Source: Eledone cirrhosa
Taxonomy: Eukaryota
Assembly (NCBI GenBank): GCA_964016885.1
Contig: OZ024740.1
Span: 133,424,001 to 133,488,000 of the forward strand
Reading direction: 5' to 3'
Length of the DNA: 64,000 nt
Below are positions 25,870 through 38,489 of this stretch, in pieces. The notes under the pieces were generated by a model that saw only the letters and a program-made list of their open reading frames with translations, was not told the DNA's origin and did no database searches. A program made the position numbers and the translations under genes. Each line of letters begins with the position of its first letter. The stretch's first letter is position 1.

Positions 25870-26400
25870 ATTTACTTTATATATTTTAAAAGAAATATCT
25901 CCTTCCACACTTTTCTTGCTGTACAAGTTTCTTGCAATTTGAGACAAAGTTGCTGGTGTGGATGCCATTTACTGCAGTCAAAGTTTTGAAGCAGAGACTT
26001 TGATCTTGGCTGGGCATTTAATGATGATGTTTTCAAAGTATTGTGTCGTTTTGTTTTTATGTTGTTGCGAAGGGACAAAACTCTTTCTGCAACAGCTGAT
26101 AAAGTGGCAATGAAATAAGTTGCATAATGAATTTAGATAGTTACGTGTACTGACATATGCCCGACATTTTTTTTTTTTCTAAAGAAGAAACCAATATTCT
26201 CAGGCTCATTCTGTACAATAAGATTTGCATCTTGCAGCGTCAATTCCCTCGTTTCTTTATTTATTTGTTGATATTGGTCTTCATGCACGAGGTTGGAAAC
26301 TTTTGGTGCGAATGTTATGATCGACTTTGGTTTACTTTCAATAACATTGGTGAGTTCTAAAGCTACTAGAACAAGTTTCCTGGTGGTAGAAATATCTAAT
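25870..26400 (-). pseudogene. hAT transposase C-terminal dimerisation-domain relic
   Basis: Across a frameshift: LSKFIMQLISLP / SAVAERVLSLRNNIKTKRHNTLKTSSLNA, matching the hAT P-x-SSA-x-x-ER-x-FS...K...RN-x-L motif. Confidence 0.6.
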
Positions 26401-27416
26401 GTTACCGATGTAATGGTACCGATTAGATTTCACCGTACTGTGTGGACATGGATTAATCGCAGAGTGTCATCTACATCGTATTTAGAAGGGTTTTTTTAAT
26501 TAAGTTAGCAGATAGTAGATATTGCGTAAGGTTCTACGGCTACAAACGATAACCTATACAGACGAAAGGATTGTGATCTACATTGTCGGCATAGATAGAA
26601 CACATAGTCAGAGATCCGGTTACTGGAAGCTTAACGCGTCGTTTCCGCCTAGTGAATCCTACAAAATATGAATTAGCACATTAGTTAAGCATCAGTTGAC
26701 AGGGACAATCACCAAGAATAACTCGTCAAGAAAGCGATTAATGTCAGATCTATAGTAAGGCAGTTACAGTAGAGGAGGCACTAGTAGCGTCACTAGATGA
26801 GGCGATTAGGATTGGCATTTGTACTCGACCAGCAGCCGAGATACTGGAAGATCTAAGCGGCTGTACGACGCAGAACTCACTCGGTTTGTTTAGATCTATC
26901 TTACAAGTTGTACATAGATATACCAGACAATCTCTACTGCAACAAACAACAGAAAGAAAGATTTACTAGCTCTGTATGTCCCTTAAGTATGTACTACTTT
27001 CGAGCCATTCCTGCAGAAGCTGGATCTGTTGCAGATCCGGGGCGTGGAAAGGCTGTGAGGACAAATTAATTTCAACACTCAGTGTACAGCATTCACAGCG
27101 GCTTATTTTAAGTGAACGTTAATTGCAGTATTAGCTAAGATAAAATATTGTTACAATTCGAAGATATAGATATTTAATGTCAGAGTTGTTGCAGGTATTA
27201 TTCTTGTTATTGTTTTAGTTCGAATGGAATCACAGTCCATATGCTTCCTTAGTGCTTTCGAAGGCAGTTTACATCAAAAATATATGTAAACTACTCTTGC
27301 CAACGGGCAATAATAGCTAATGAACACATACGAAGTAAATTATTAAGAGTAATATGTTACACGTTAAAATATAAAGTTTTACTGTAGAATATAAAGTGTT
27401 ACTTATGTTCTATACA

Positions 27417-27468
27417 GATGTTTGTGATTCTAGTTATTAAAACATATACATAACTAACACACACACAC

Positions 27469-27523
<55 letters not shown>

Positions 27524-27655
27524 CATTTGCTTTAAAAGACACTCTTATAAAAACGTAACAAGAGACTCATGAACAATTCATTATTAAACATGATGTGATG
27601 GCTGGTTAGAGCACAGGTGTTTCTATCGAGAATATGCGCGCAATTTCTGCATATA
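27417..27655. repeat. Left arm of an inverted repeat paired with 32631-32828
   Basis: gacactcttataaaaacgtaacaag...gtttctatcgagaatatgcgcgcaatttctgcata is the reverse complement of 32631-32746. Flanking (CA)/(TA) and unique sequence also match. Confidence 0.9.
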
Positions 27656-27657
27656 CA

Positions 27658-27717
<60 letters not shown>

Positions 27718-28073
27718 ACATATATATATATATATGTTGGTTAGATTATCAATATTAGTAGTATTGGGGCACCCACTGATGAATTATAGGAGCCCACTTG
27801 AATATATATCTATTGATGGTATACAAGCTCCTACATAAATTGGTATAATTTCACCCAAATTGTAGGAATCCTATAATGAAACGAGACGTCCGTCTAGGAA
27901 GAGATATATTACATATGTCTCATATAAAATAATACAGCCAATTTTCCATGCAATACTTTTAGTTAGACCCCCGAACGCATTATTGGGAATATAATCACTT
28001 ATTTCCTAATGTTTGTTGAGTGAGTTGGAATTTAGCCGGAGTATCGCTAAAAAGCTTTCTCCGATATTGTATT

Positions 28074-28124
<51 letters not shown>

Positions 28125-28167
28125 TATTAAAATATAAATATTAATAAAATAGATGTTCTTTTGATCA

Positions 28168-28230
28168 ATTACATTTTATTATACATATTTCGAATGTACA
28201 ACAGTACGTCCTCATCAGACAAGATATAAT
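28168..28230 (-). ncRNA. Minimal type I hammerhead ribozyme (mirror copy)
   Basis: Reverse complement reads ctgatga ggacgtac tgtt gtacattc gaaa tatgtata ataaaatgtaat. Confidence 0.75.
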
Positions 28231-28257
28231 GATACATCTCAGGGTATGCCATGTATC

Positions 28258-28320
28258 ATTATATTTTGTCTGATGAGGACGTACTGTTGTACATCCGAAA
28301 TATGTATAATAAAATGTAAT
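28258..28320 (+). ncRNA. Minimal type I hammerhead ribozyme (Penelope-associated type)
   Basis: Stem I attatattttgt/ataaaatgtaat; core CTGATGA at 28270; stem II ggacgtac-tgtt-gtacatcc; GAAA at 28297; quasi-palindromic stem III ATATGTAT; AUA cleavage triplet ending at 28308. Confidence 0.8.
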
Positions 28321-28965
28321 TGATGAAAAGAACATCTATTTTATTAATATTTATTTTTTAATATTAATAACTCCGGAAAATTATTTTTACCGTAGAGTGC
28401 TTCCAATCTACTGTAAAACTCATTCTTTGACAAACTCTTCGAATATTGTTTAACACTTTAATTTCTATTACCTCTGTATTGTATTTTATTTATTTATTCT
28501 TAACTCTGAAGCGGAGATTATTTCGGTTTCCTAGTTAGAATTTTAGTCTACGACTTCTGCTATACCATTTACGTGGTTTCGTCTTTGCGTGCAATTGTTC
28601 TCCACGCTCCATATATGACGTATTATCTTCGTTTTTTCCGTTCATTGCCAGAGAACGTCTCTATGAACCACCTAAGAGAACATTAGTCTACGACTTCTTT
28701 TATACCATAAACGTGGTTCTGTCTTTGCGTGTAATTGTTTTTCACCGCTCTTATTAATATTATATTCGTTTTTTCCCGTTCCTTGCCAGGGAACGTTTCC
28801 ACAAACCAAAGTATCGTTTTCCTGTCTTCCTCCGGTTGCAACGTTTTTTGAAATATCCACTTCTGCGTTTACAGATTGACTTTGTTAGTTTCAGAAGATC
28901 ACGTTAAGGGTGAAAGCAACGATTCTTTGCTTAAACTTTAATCTGTTATTTTAATAAATAAATAA

Positions 28966-29067
<102 letters not shown>

Positions 29068-29213
29068 CGAAGGAAATGTGGTAAGGAACCAGGTGGCCCA
29101 TAACGCACCAAAGTACTCAATACTTGAGGTAGTAGAGTGGGTAATAGGAACCAGTAAGACCCCGACAGCTGAGCTCAAGCCGTTTCGACGGCTAATTCTG
29201 GACTTCTACATTC

Positions 29214-29281
<68 letters not shown>

Positions 29282-30047
29282 GAATGTAGAAGGTGTGTAA
29301 TATTGTAGAACAATAAAACTATGCATATATCAGATACGTACCACTCAACAGTTGGTAGAACTGGAGTATATATAATAAAGAAGAAATTAAAAGATGGTTA
29401 AAAGAGTTACATATATTTTATTGGGCCAATTTCGAATATAAAATCATCATGGGACAAAAATTGTGTTCTCATTAGATAAAATAAGGTAACATGATATAAG
29501 GCATAATAGCACTTGTTTACAGGAAAGTGCTAAGTCTACATATGACAGAAATATAAGTGTTAATACTATAGAAAGAAATAGATAGAAAAATAGAAGAAAG
29601 GAAAGAAGAGGAGAAAAAGGAAAAAGAAAGAGAGGAAAGAAAAAAAGGAGAAAAATGGAAGAGAGAGAGAGAGAGACTTTTGTTCAGGAACGGTGTCAAA
29701 ATGAAAACGGCTTTAAATAACGGTTAAATAGTAAATTGATGAGGTGTATGTGAGAATATTAAAGATGGTATTTAAATATTAGAGGTCTAAATATAGAAAC
29801 TGGGTATATTATTTTATATTGGATACTAAAAATTGGGTTAAGAAGTGTAAAAATGTATTAATCAAATAAAATAAAATAAAATAAAATAAATATAAAAAAG
29901 ATTTTTATAAAATAAAATAAAAATTAAAATATTCTAAAATATTAAATAATAACTCATATGCATCCAATCATGAGATTCATAATAATAACACTATAAGGCC
30001 CGACGTCAATGTAAACTCTAGGCAAAATCACATAAGTAAAAAATACG

Positions 30048-30626
30048 ATGTCAAACGTAACTTTGAGGAATGCATCAAATAGTAATGTAAATCTGGAAAC
30101 TTTAGCACCTCCTTTGGTTAATTCCACCACTCCAGTTCCTAATATAATTAATCCTGGGCCACTTGCAAATAAAGCGGTAAGTAATCTTAATCGTAAATAT
30201 AAGTGCCCTATTAGAACTAATTATCCTCTTAGTAATTTCTGTCTCGATAAAAACTTAATATATGAATGTAAAGTGGTAACTAGTACCAATACCTATACCT
30301 ACATAGGCTCTACTTCTACCTCCTTTAAAGCAAGATTCTATAATCATTCTTCTACATTTAAATCCCCACTTAAAAAGACCAGCACCGCACTCTCAGAACT
30401 TATTTGGTCCTTAAAAGACAAAAACATAAATTACGAAATTTCTTGGCGTAAAATATACAACGCATCTCCATACTCCAATGCTTCCATATCTAGTGTTTGT
30501 AATTTATGTCTCGTTGAACAATTTACCATTATCTCGAATTTCAACACAATAATAAATCGAAGAACCGATATATTTGGACTTTGTAATCATAAATCCTACA
30601 AGACCTTTCACAAAGTATATAGCTGA
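30048..30626 (+). CDS. C-terminal GIY-YIG endonuclease fragment of a Penelope-like element
   Basis: NLIYECKV...YIGSTSTSFKARFYNH...STALSELIW.LK...CNLCLVE...INRR....CNH. The RT part is missing. Confidence 0.8.
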   Translation: MSNVTLRNASNSNVNLETLAPPLVNSTTPVPNIINPGPLANKAVSNLNRKYKCPIRTNYPLSNFCLDKNLIYECKVVTSTNTYTYIGSTSTSFKARFYNHSSTFKSPLKKTSTALSELIWSLKDKNINYEISWRKIYNASPYSNASISSVCNLCLVEQFTIISNFNTIINRRTDIFGLCNHKSYKTFHKVYS

Positions 30627-30686
30627 TGTCCTAAAACATATTCCACGAGTCACGGTTATCTTTACACATCATTATATTCTACAATG

Positions 30687-30872
30687 AGGGCGGTGGATTG
30701 GCAGTATCGGTAGAGGGTCGGACGCCATGCTTTCCAGCATAGTTACGTCCCTTTATGATCTGAGTTCAAATCCCGCCGAGGTTGACTTTGCCTTTCATCC
30801 TTACGGGGTCGATAAAATAAAGTACCAGTAATGCACTGGATAATTGCTGGCCTTGTGCCTAAAGTAGAAACA
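30687..30872 (+). mobile_element. Main-family SINE inserted in the PLE 3' region, 16-bp TSD
   Basis: TSD attatattctacaatg at 30671-30686 and 30873-30888. Confidence 0.92.
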
Positions 30873-31618
30873 ATTATATTCTACAATGTATTAATTTGGT
30901 TTTCTCTTATATTAAGCCTTTGATCTTTTTTTCTATAGCCTTAGATTTTCGCTCAAAACTTCGTAGGTTTTGTAAACAAATTATGACGTCATATGTTTTT
31001 CTACGTTTATAAATCTTTCTAGCAATTTCCTTTATTTACTTGTTGATATTAAATAAAAATTAAACAGTATACCCCACATATATAGATTTTTACTAGACAT
31101 TTTTTTATTTTGACATAGACAGACTATTTTTATTTTTATTTTATTTTATAAAAATCTTTTTTTATATTTATTTTATTTTATTTTATTTTATTTTATTTTA
31201 TTAATACATTTTTACACTTCTTAATCCAATTTTTAGTATTTAAACCCAATATAAAATAATATAACCAGTTTCTATATTTAGAGCTCTAATATTTGAATAC
31301 CGTCTATAATATTCGCACATACACCTCATCAATTTACTTGTTAACCATTATTTACAGCTGTTTTCATTTTGACACCGTTCCTCATCAAAAGTCTCTCTCT
31401 CTCTCTATTTCTCTTTCTCTTTCTCTCTCTCACCCTCTCTTACTTTTTTCTCCTTTTTCTTCCTTTCTTCTCTTTCTTTTTCCATTTTCTCCTCGTCTTT
31501 CCTTTCTTCTATTTTCCTATCTATTTCTTACTATAGTATTAACACTTATATTTTTGCCATTTGTAGACTTAACACTTTCCTGTAAACAAGTGCTATTATG
31601 CCTTATATCATGTTACTT

Positions 31619-31688
31619 TATTTTATCTGATGAGAACACATTTTTTGTCCCAGGATGATTTTATATTCGAAATACGCATAATAAAATA
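31619..31688 (+). ncRNA. Hammerhead-like motif in the pLTR (long, imperfect stem II)
   Basis: tattttat-CTGATGA-gaa...ttc-GAAA-tacgcata-ataaaata. A mutated antisense copy is at about 29418-29482. Confidence 0.6.
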
Positions 31689-31889
31689 TATGGAACTTTT
31701 TTAACCTTCTAATTTTTTCTTCATTATATATACTCCAGTTCTACTAACTGTTGAGTGATTCTTATCTGATTTATCCATAGTCTTATTGTTCTACAATATT
31801 ATTCACCTTCTACATTAACTTGCTCCTTGATTGTTTGAGCGCTAACTCTTATATCGGATACTATTGATGGTCTCTACTTCTATTAAAAC

Positions 31890-32500
31890 ATGGATTACTA
31901 CAGCATCACAACTTCACTTAAAGACATACCTATACCGGTAAGAATTGAATACCCAAAACTTTTGATAGAAAAAAACGGACTATTTCGTGCGGAGGCTCAG
32001 ATGGATCGCTCATTTCCATGACCAGCGCTTAAAAAGAAATGTTTATAGAAAGGAACCTAATAAACTCGATTCATTATTTAACTCCAGTAGAAATCCTCCC
32101 GTTAATAAAAACTTAGTACATTTTGAAAACGAATTAACTAAAATTATACGAGGACTTAAATTTAAAAGAAACCCTTATCGAGACCAGGGACACCTTATGA
32201 ACCTTAAGAATAAAATTAATGACCTTAATTCTTCTAAAAGCGTTTTAGTTCATTCTGACAAAACTAATAATTTATATGGCATAAGTAAGGATAAATATAA
32301 TAACCTTATCCTTAAAGAACTAAGACAAAATTATCGATAATCTGGATTATATCAATAGAGAAGCATATGAGATAATAACCAACCTCGGAATTGTGAAAAA
32401 AACAGAACCCTTCTTCCCAGGAACTCCAAGGATTAGCCTGAAGGATCATAAAAGAAATTTTCGAACGGACATGCCTGTAAGACAAATTGCCCCTTCTAAA
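31890..32500 (+). pseudogene. N-terminal part of the PLE RT ORF (frameshifted, internally deleted)
   Basis: MDYYSITTSLKDIPIP..EYPKLLIEK / TDYFVRRLRWIAHF ... VLVHSDKTNNLY ... LKDHKRNF..PVRQIAPSK. Confidence 0.75.
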
Positions 32501-32630
32501 TAACCATCTTTTAATTTCTTCGTTATTATATTTATATATATATATATATATGTGTGAGTGTGTGTGTGTGTGTGTGTGTGTACATGTGTGTGTGTGTGTG
32601 TGTGTATGTGTGTGTGTATGTGTGTGTGTG

Positions 32631-32828
32631 TATGCAGAAATTGCACGCATATTCTCGATAGAAACACCTGTGCTCTAACCAGCCATCACATCATGTTTAA
32701 TAATGAATTGTTTATGAGTCACTTGTTACGTTTTTATAAGAGTGTCATTTATATATATATATATTATGTGTGTGTGTGTGTGTGTGAATTAGTTAAGTAT
32801 ATGTTTTAAGAACTAGAACCACAAACAT
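32631..32828. repeat. Right arm of the inverted repeat paired with 27417-27655
   Basis: See the left arm. Confidence 0.9.
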
Positions 32829-33039
32829 ATATATGTATATGTATTTGTGTGTATATATATAAGAATGTATGTATGTATGTACGTGAGAACGTATGTATAA
32901 AACAGGTTATTTCAAAGTAAATATGTATACTGGATCTGGATACCTAGATTTCGAATCCATTTATACTCTGCCTAATCTATGAATAAAATTATGTACTGAA
33001 TTTACTTAAATAGGTTTATAATTAATAATTCTCTTTGTT

Positions 33040-33420
33040 CTCCCACATATATACCTGGAAGGGTCGTTGAGGCAGACTCCCCAGGCATGCCTTTTAGAGG
33101 ATCGTATCAGGATGAAGCGTCACCAAATTAGGAGGCTGAACCCCCAAGCAAGACCAACTGATTCCATCATGGTATGCCTCTAAGTCTCCTATTGGTTGTC
33201 GTTTCGCGTAAAATCACCTGACCGTAATACTATAGCTGTGATTTCTCGAGATTGAGAAATAGATGCTCTGCATTGAGTGACTTCTTTATATGCAAGCGAC
33301 ATATACTATCGAGTAACATTACTTCGACAACCATTTCGAAGGATCTCATTTCGGTTGCATGTATTCGGGATCTGCAATTACTCAAAATACATGGCCACGT
33401 GTAAAGTGAGGCAGAGACTT
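33040..33420 (-). mobile_element. Degenerate RTE-like 3' fragment
   Basis: Similar by eye to 6695-7120 (gaagggtcgttgaggcagactcc, ccccaagcaagaccaactga, ctactatcgagtaacat). Confidence 0.5.
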
Positions 33421-33547
33421 CGACTTAAAAAGAAAACAGTTTCGCTTCTGTAGTTACGTGTGATTTTTATCTACCTACACACTTAAATCGCAACTAACGA
33501 TCATATCTGCTCGCCACATGCGACCCGTTGGATTTTAACTTGAAATC

Positions 33548-33606
<59 letters not shown>

Positions 33607-33799
33607 ACAGGGAGAAAGAGACGATTATTAGGAAGAAAAATATATTTTTTTATTTTTTTATTTATTTCTCGCTTTTTTTCTGGGTGAGAAAATGGTTAAA
33701 ACGAAATGTTTTACTTTGTGTGAAGTGTTAAGGTATTAGTTGATTTATTTATTAATTGACAATGGCATTTATTTATCTATTTATATATTTAATAATTGT

Positions 33800-33842
33800 C
33801 TATTACCGGTTTCAGCATTTTTATGCATTATCAAATGATAGT
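33800..33842 (-). ncRNA. Variant minimal hammerhead (U3-A8 core)
   Basis: Minus strand: TTGATAA-tgcat-aaaa-atgct-GAAA-CCGGTA with palindromic ACCGGT stem III. Confidence 0.55.
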
Positions 33843-34593
33843 GATATGTATTGGTGTAGAATGGTGGTGTTGCACATGTTAAAGAAATGGTGCAGAAAGA
33901 ATAATGTTATTTACAAACAAGGTTTATGAAGTGAAAAGAAAAAAGAAAAAAGAAAAAAAGGGGCGTAATGTAGAGCATAAAATCAATATGAAAGAAAAAA
34001 TAATGTTATTTACAGGCATAGTTCTTGAAGTTAAGCAGATCAAAATGTGTTAATATAGCAAGGGTGCTTAGTTGATCCATGATTCCATGATGGAGGCAAA
34101 TGGTGGACTGGGGGTTGATATGATTTCCCTTTTTAGAGAGTTAATATGTAGGGGGAGGCAATTCATGCTGGATGATATTTAATTTATTTAAGAAAAAGGA
34201 TTAGGTAGGGTGTGAGGGAGTTAACTCTTGTAAATGTTTGATTGTTTGTGCCAGTGATAGTTTGGTCCGAAGTTTAGTGCATTAAGTAGAGGTTGGAATT
34301 TGTTATATATACATAAGATCAAGGAAAACAATGCTCAATCTATTGCAAGAGATCGTTTTTAGTGTAAATAAAGTCTATGCACTTAACATGTATGGGTGAC
34401 AATTGTGTTTTAAAGGGTGGAGAGACCCTTTTCGAGAATGAGGGAGGTAATTCCGGTGTTCTGAATTTCTCAGTCCTAATTTATAAGCTAATCTGTGTGT
34501 AAAACGTGTTGAGGCAACGTTTGGGATATAGTTTCAAATGTCTGCTTGTAATCTGACGTGTAAGTTCTATTCCAAATATTTAAGTCTCTTGTA

Positions 34594-34595
<2 letters not shown>

Positions 34596-34624
<29 letters not shown>

Positions 34625-34830
34625 CTTCTTCTTCTTCTTCTTCTTCTTCTTCTTCTTCTTCTTCTTCTTCTTCTTCTTCTTGGCCCACTTATTCGTGAGA
34701 GGGTCATTGGGGCAGAGCCATGGAACACTCCTTCCAACGGGTCTTGTATGAAGCAACCGTCTCCAATTGATCCGGCTGCAACACCAAGCGAGACCAGCCA
34801 AACTGGAGATCACCTTCTGTCATAACATCT
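34596..34830 (-). mobile_element. Short RTE-like 3' end with a (GAA)n tail (TTC tract at 34596-34681)
   Basis: cccacttattcgtgagagggtc...ccaagcgagaccag matches 6697-6810. Confidence 0.55.
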
Positions 34831-36080
34831 TCCCAATAAGTAAAATCTTATTCTGCAAAAAAAAACGCAATAATTGTTGATTTAATGTGTGTTCACTAGG
34901 ATGCAATGTGATATTGTAATGCTAAAACCTCTTCCAATATTTCATTATATAGTGTTGATGTGATTGTAGATGTGTTTAATTACTATGGGGTACGTGACAT
35001 AACGGAATAGGATCATGGAATATTTAGCAGGCCCGGTAAGGGGCCATGATGTATTGTGGGTTTTCAGCTGGGAAAATATGGGCTTTCTGATGCAAACTGC
35101 CTAAAGACATCCACCTTGGAGTTTAGACATATGCTCGTTGAATATAAACATTGCAAAATATTAAATTGTTCGCTGACGGAGAACAGGCATCTCTTCGTTC
35201 TTTTTATATTTGGCTTGGACTTTGCGAGAACTTTCTATTTTGTATTAGGCGGTACTCCGTTTTCCTCTAGCAGACAGACCCTTTTTGTCAGTACTCTGGT
35301 AGGTTTCATATAAGAACGCCTGAATGAGGAGAAGTGCAAGAATTACCTTTGCATAAATCGGTCCTGGAACATACATACATATTTTTCACGGGTATCTGGT
35401 TGGTTGGTGTTTGTGTATTTGATCTCTGTTACGTATAATACGGAATTTACATTACAAGATGCACCACATCAAGCCTTTTAAATCCTCCATGATCCTATTC
35501 CTCTATGTCTCCTATCCTCACACAAAAACTTTAAACACATCACATCGACACCCACACAGACTACATAATAGATTGTTGAAAGCCTTACAATATCACATTG
35601 CCCACTACCTAACATAGATACAAACAACATTTTTTTTTTTTTGTTGCTGATTTCACATATTCAAATTTTGATTATTGGAAAGATGTTACAAGAGACTTAA
35701 ATATGTATATAATACTAAAAGTCTGTGATTGCTTACTTGCTTGCTTGTCTGTAATGTAATACAGTCAAAAGGGCGTATAATGGGAAAATAACTTAAAGGA
35801 AGTTGAAATTTGTATTCCTTGAAATGGGAATACAAATGGAATAAAACAAGTTTCGCGTAAATTGGACCACGGGGTCCTGAGATATGGGTTTATTTCGGGT
35901 ACCTTCATAAACAAAGAGAGAGAAAGATAAAGAGGAAGAGATAGTAGTTGTGACAGAGTAGATTGAAAGAAAGACATAGAAGGAGAATGGAAGAGAGCTG
36001 GTGGTGTTGTTGTGTGAGTATATATGAGTATGTGTATATGTGTGTGTGTCTATGACCAGTGTATATAGATCACAGGCACC

Positions 36081-36147
<67 letters not shown>

Positions 36148-36151
<4 letters not shown>

Positions 36152-36343
36152 CGAAGGATGTGTGGTAAGGAACCAGATAGACCATAACGCACCAGAGTAC
36201 TCAATACTTAGGGTAGTAGAGTGGGTAATCGGAAAATGTTTGACCCTGACGGTAGAGCTCAAGTCGTTTCGACGGCTATTTCTGGACTAGTCCAGAAATA
36301 GGCGTCGAAACGGCTTGAGCTCTGCCGTCGGTGTCAGACATTT

Positions 36344-36345
<2 letters not shown>
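36148..36345. repeat. Short repeat embedded in (TA)n, ending in a 57-bp-arm hairpin; partial second copy at 29065-29205
   Basis: Shared ataacgaagga.tgtggtaaggaacca...gagctcaag.cgtttcgacggcta.ttctggact; palindrome centred on ctggactagtccag. Confidence 0.8.
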
Positions 36346-36418
<73 letters not shown>

Positions 36419-38489
36419 TTTATAAATATACATACACACACGTATATATATATGGGCCTTCCAGTTTCATTTCACATTATATACATGTCTGTGTATATTT
36501 TAATTATTTAAAATTATTTTTAAGCGAACTTGAATTTTTTTTTTTTATATATTTTCAAATGAAATGACCCAACGGGTGGTCTAGTTTGCAATAAAACTTA
36601 CACGCTGATTACAAACATAGATTAGTATTTATATTCCAAAAGTTGCCTCAGTTGGTTCTCAGGAGTAAACATTCTACGATCTCCGTCGTTAACTATCTCA
36701 TTCAAAGGGGTTACGTTTTTTAGATAATTGTTTCTACTTTTGGAAAGTTCTCTTGAAAAGAGTGGCTAGTTGACTACCGTCACTAATAACAACCTAGCAA
36801 CACCCGTGGGAGACATGCCCCGACGTAACACAGATGGTTACAGATTGTGATGAGGGTAAGTAATGGCAAGCCGTCTGTCACGAGCCCCCCCCCCCCCCCC
36901 ACACACACACACACACACACAAACCAAAAAAAATAGAAATGAACTCTTTCTCTTCGCTTTCAAAAAAGGGGGCGAAAGTAAGGAAAAGAAAAAAGCTAAA
37001 GCCTTGAAGCATCAAATCTGACCGTTATCACCCCCACCAACACTAACAACAACAACAACGGCAACAACAACAACATCCTACACAAACAAAACTTCATCTG
37101 CTACAACCACAAAATAACGAACGCAAACCCAACAAAAGAAAATAAACCGCACGAATTACACAGCCATAAATACAAAAAAAAAACAAGAAACTGATGCCAC
37201 ATAAAATACAACACAACAATCACAGAAACTGATTACATCAACCCCCAGAGTGATTACACAGACCACATCTAGGTTGTTCCTGTCAGAAATTGAACTTTTT
37301 AAATATGTCCTTTACAACATTTAAACGCTGGTACTCGGTTAAGTACTGGGTTAAGTTCATTGGAGAGAAAATATGAAAGGAGAATTATTTGCTTATTAAA
37401 CTGCTCCTGTAGTGTTTCATATTGCCTTTCTCGATGTAAATATGTAAACCTTTCTTATTTTTCCCTAGTGCGTTACCAGATACCTGGAAAACATAGATTT
37501 CTTTTAGATTGTCATAGAGGGTTGTCAAATTGTACCTGCATGCAAATACCAAGATTTCATCTACTTTCTAATCAACGGTAGTAATTATATTTATAGTAAG
37601 ACATTCGTGCCTTTGACTCATCTGATATCTTGGGCTTTATTTTGTTCATTTAGAACAGCTTGGGATACCCTCGTTTTCAAAGCAACAGAGGGATATTCTC
37701 ATCATATTCAAACAAATGGGCCCTGCTTCCCCTTGGAAAAGCCGATTGAAGTAGCTACTGCCTCACGTGGTTGCTCAAAGTGAGTACAACTCTAACAGTA
37801 TATGATAACATTATCAACGGATTGGTTATATTCGCAGCAGTTATACGTCGTCTCAGAGATATATTTCATTTACTATATTAGATCATTTTTAAAGGGAAAT
37901 CTTGCGGGGCATATCAACCGCTGATTCACAAGAAGAGTTTCTATCCGCAATGGTGTGTCTGTGAAGATACATTTAAGTCAACTGAAGTCATCGCTTGGGG
38001 ATTCGAGATGTTTAACACGGTCATATCATATGTTTGGTGCAGACCAAGATGGTCTCAATTCGAATTGGGATTTTCCTGTACAAAATAATCTAATCCTGGG
38101 TCCAGTTTGCCTTGGATTGAAATCGCCCAGAACAGGTAGCATATCTATTGGTGTCACTGGTTTCCAGGACTTTACTCAGCACATCATAGAAATCATTTCT
38201 ATTTTGTGCTTATCAATATAGGAGAATTTAACACTAAAAATTATGATACTTCAACTTTTAACCAGGGATAAGCTGAAACTTCTCTAGTCTATCACTGCAA
38301 CATGAATATGCTGACAATAGTAATCGTGATGGTTAGACTAACAGCTTTATGCACTGGGAATGAATTTTAGCCACATACGCTTTCGTTAAATTTCCTTCAC
38401 AATGATATGTAGGATAACTTGAATCTAGAAGATTTATTAAAACAATAATAAATAAAGTCAAGGTATATTGGAAATTATAATAAATAAAA

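Larger units (their letters stand above)
28123..28365. repeat. Near-perfect palindrome, 115-bp arms, 13-nt spacer
   Basis: 28123-28237 versus 28251-28365, about 4 mismatches by eye. Confidence 0.95.
29284..32500 (+). mobile_element. Penelope-like retroelement, 5'-truncated, with inverted pseudo-LTR (29284-29935 vs 31121-31816) and a downstream partial-tandem ORF start
   Basis: GIY-YIG ORF, about 650-bp inverted arms, hammerhead core in the pLTR, PLE N-terminal ORF after the pLTR. Confidence 0.85.

Noticed and set aside
26430-27100. GC-richer segment that might be a solo LTR
   Set aside because: No TG..CA ends, TSD or second copy identified.
30590-30690. Selenoprotein-type PLE (in-frame UGA plus SECIS)
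   Set aside because: No UGA at Cys positions in the visible ORF and no convincing SECIS downstream.
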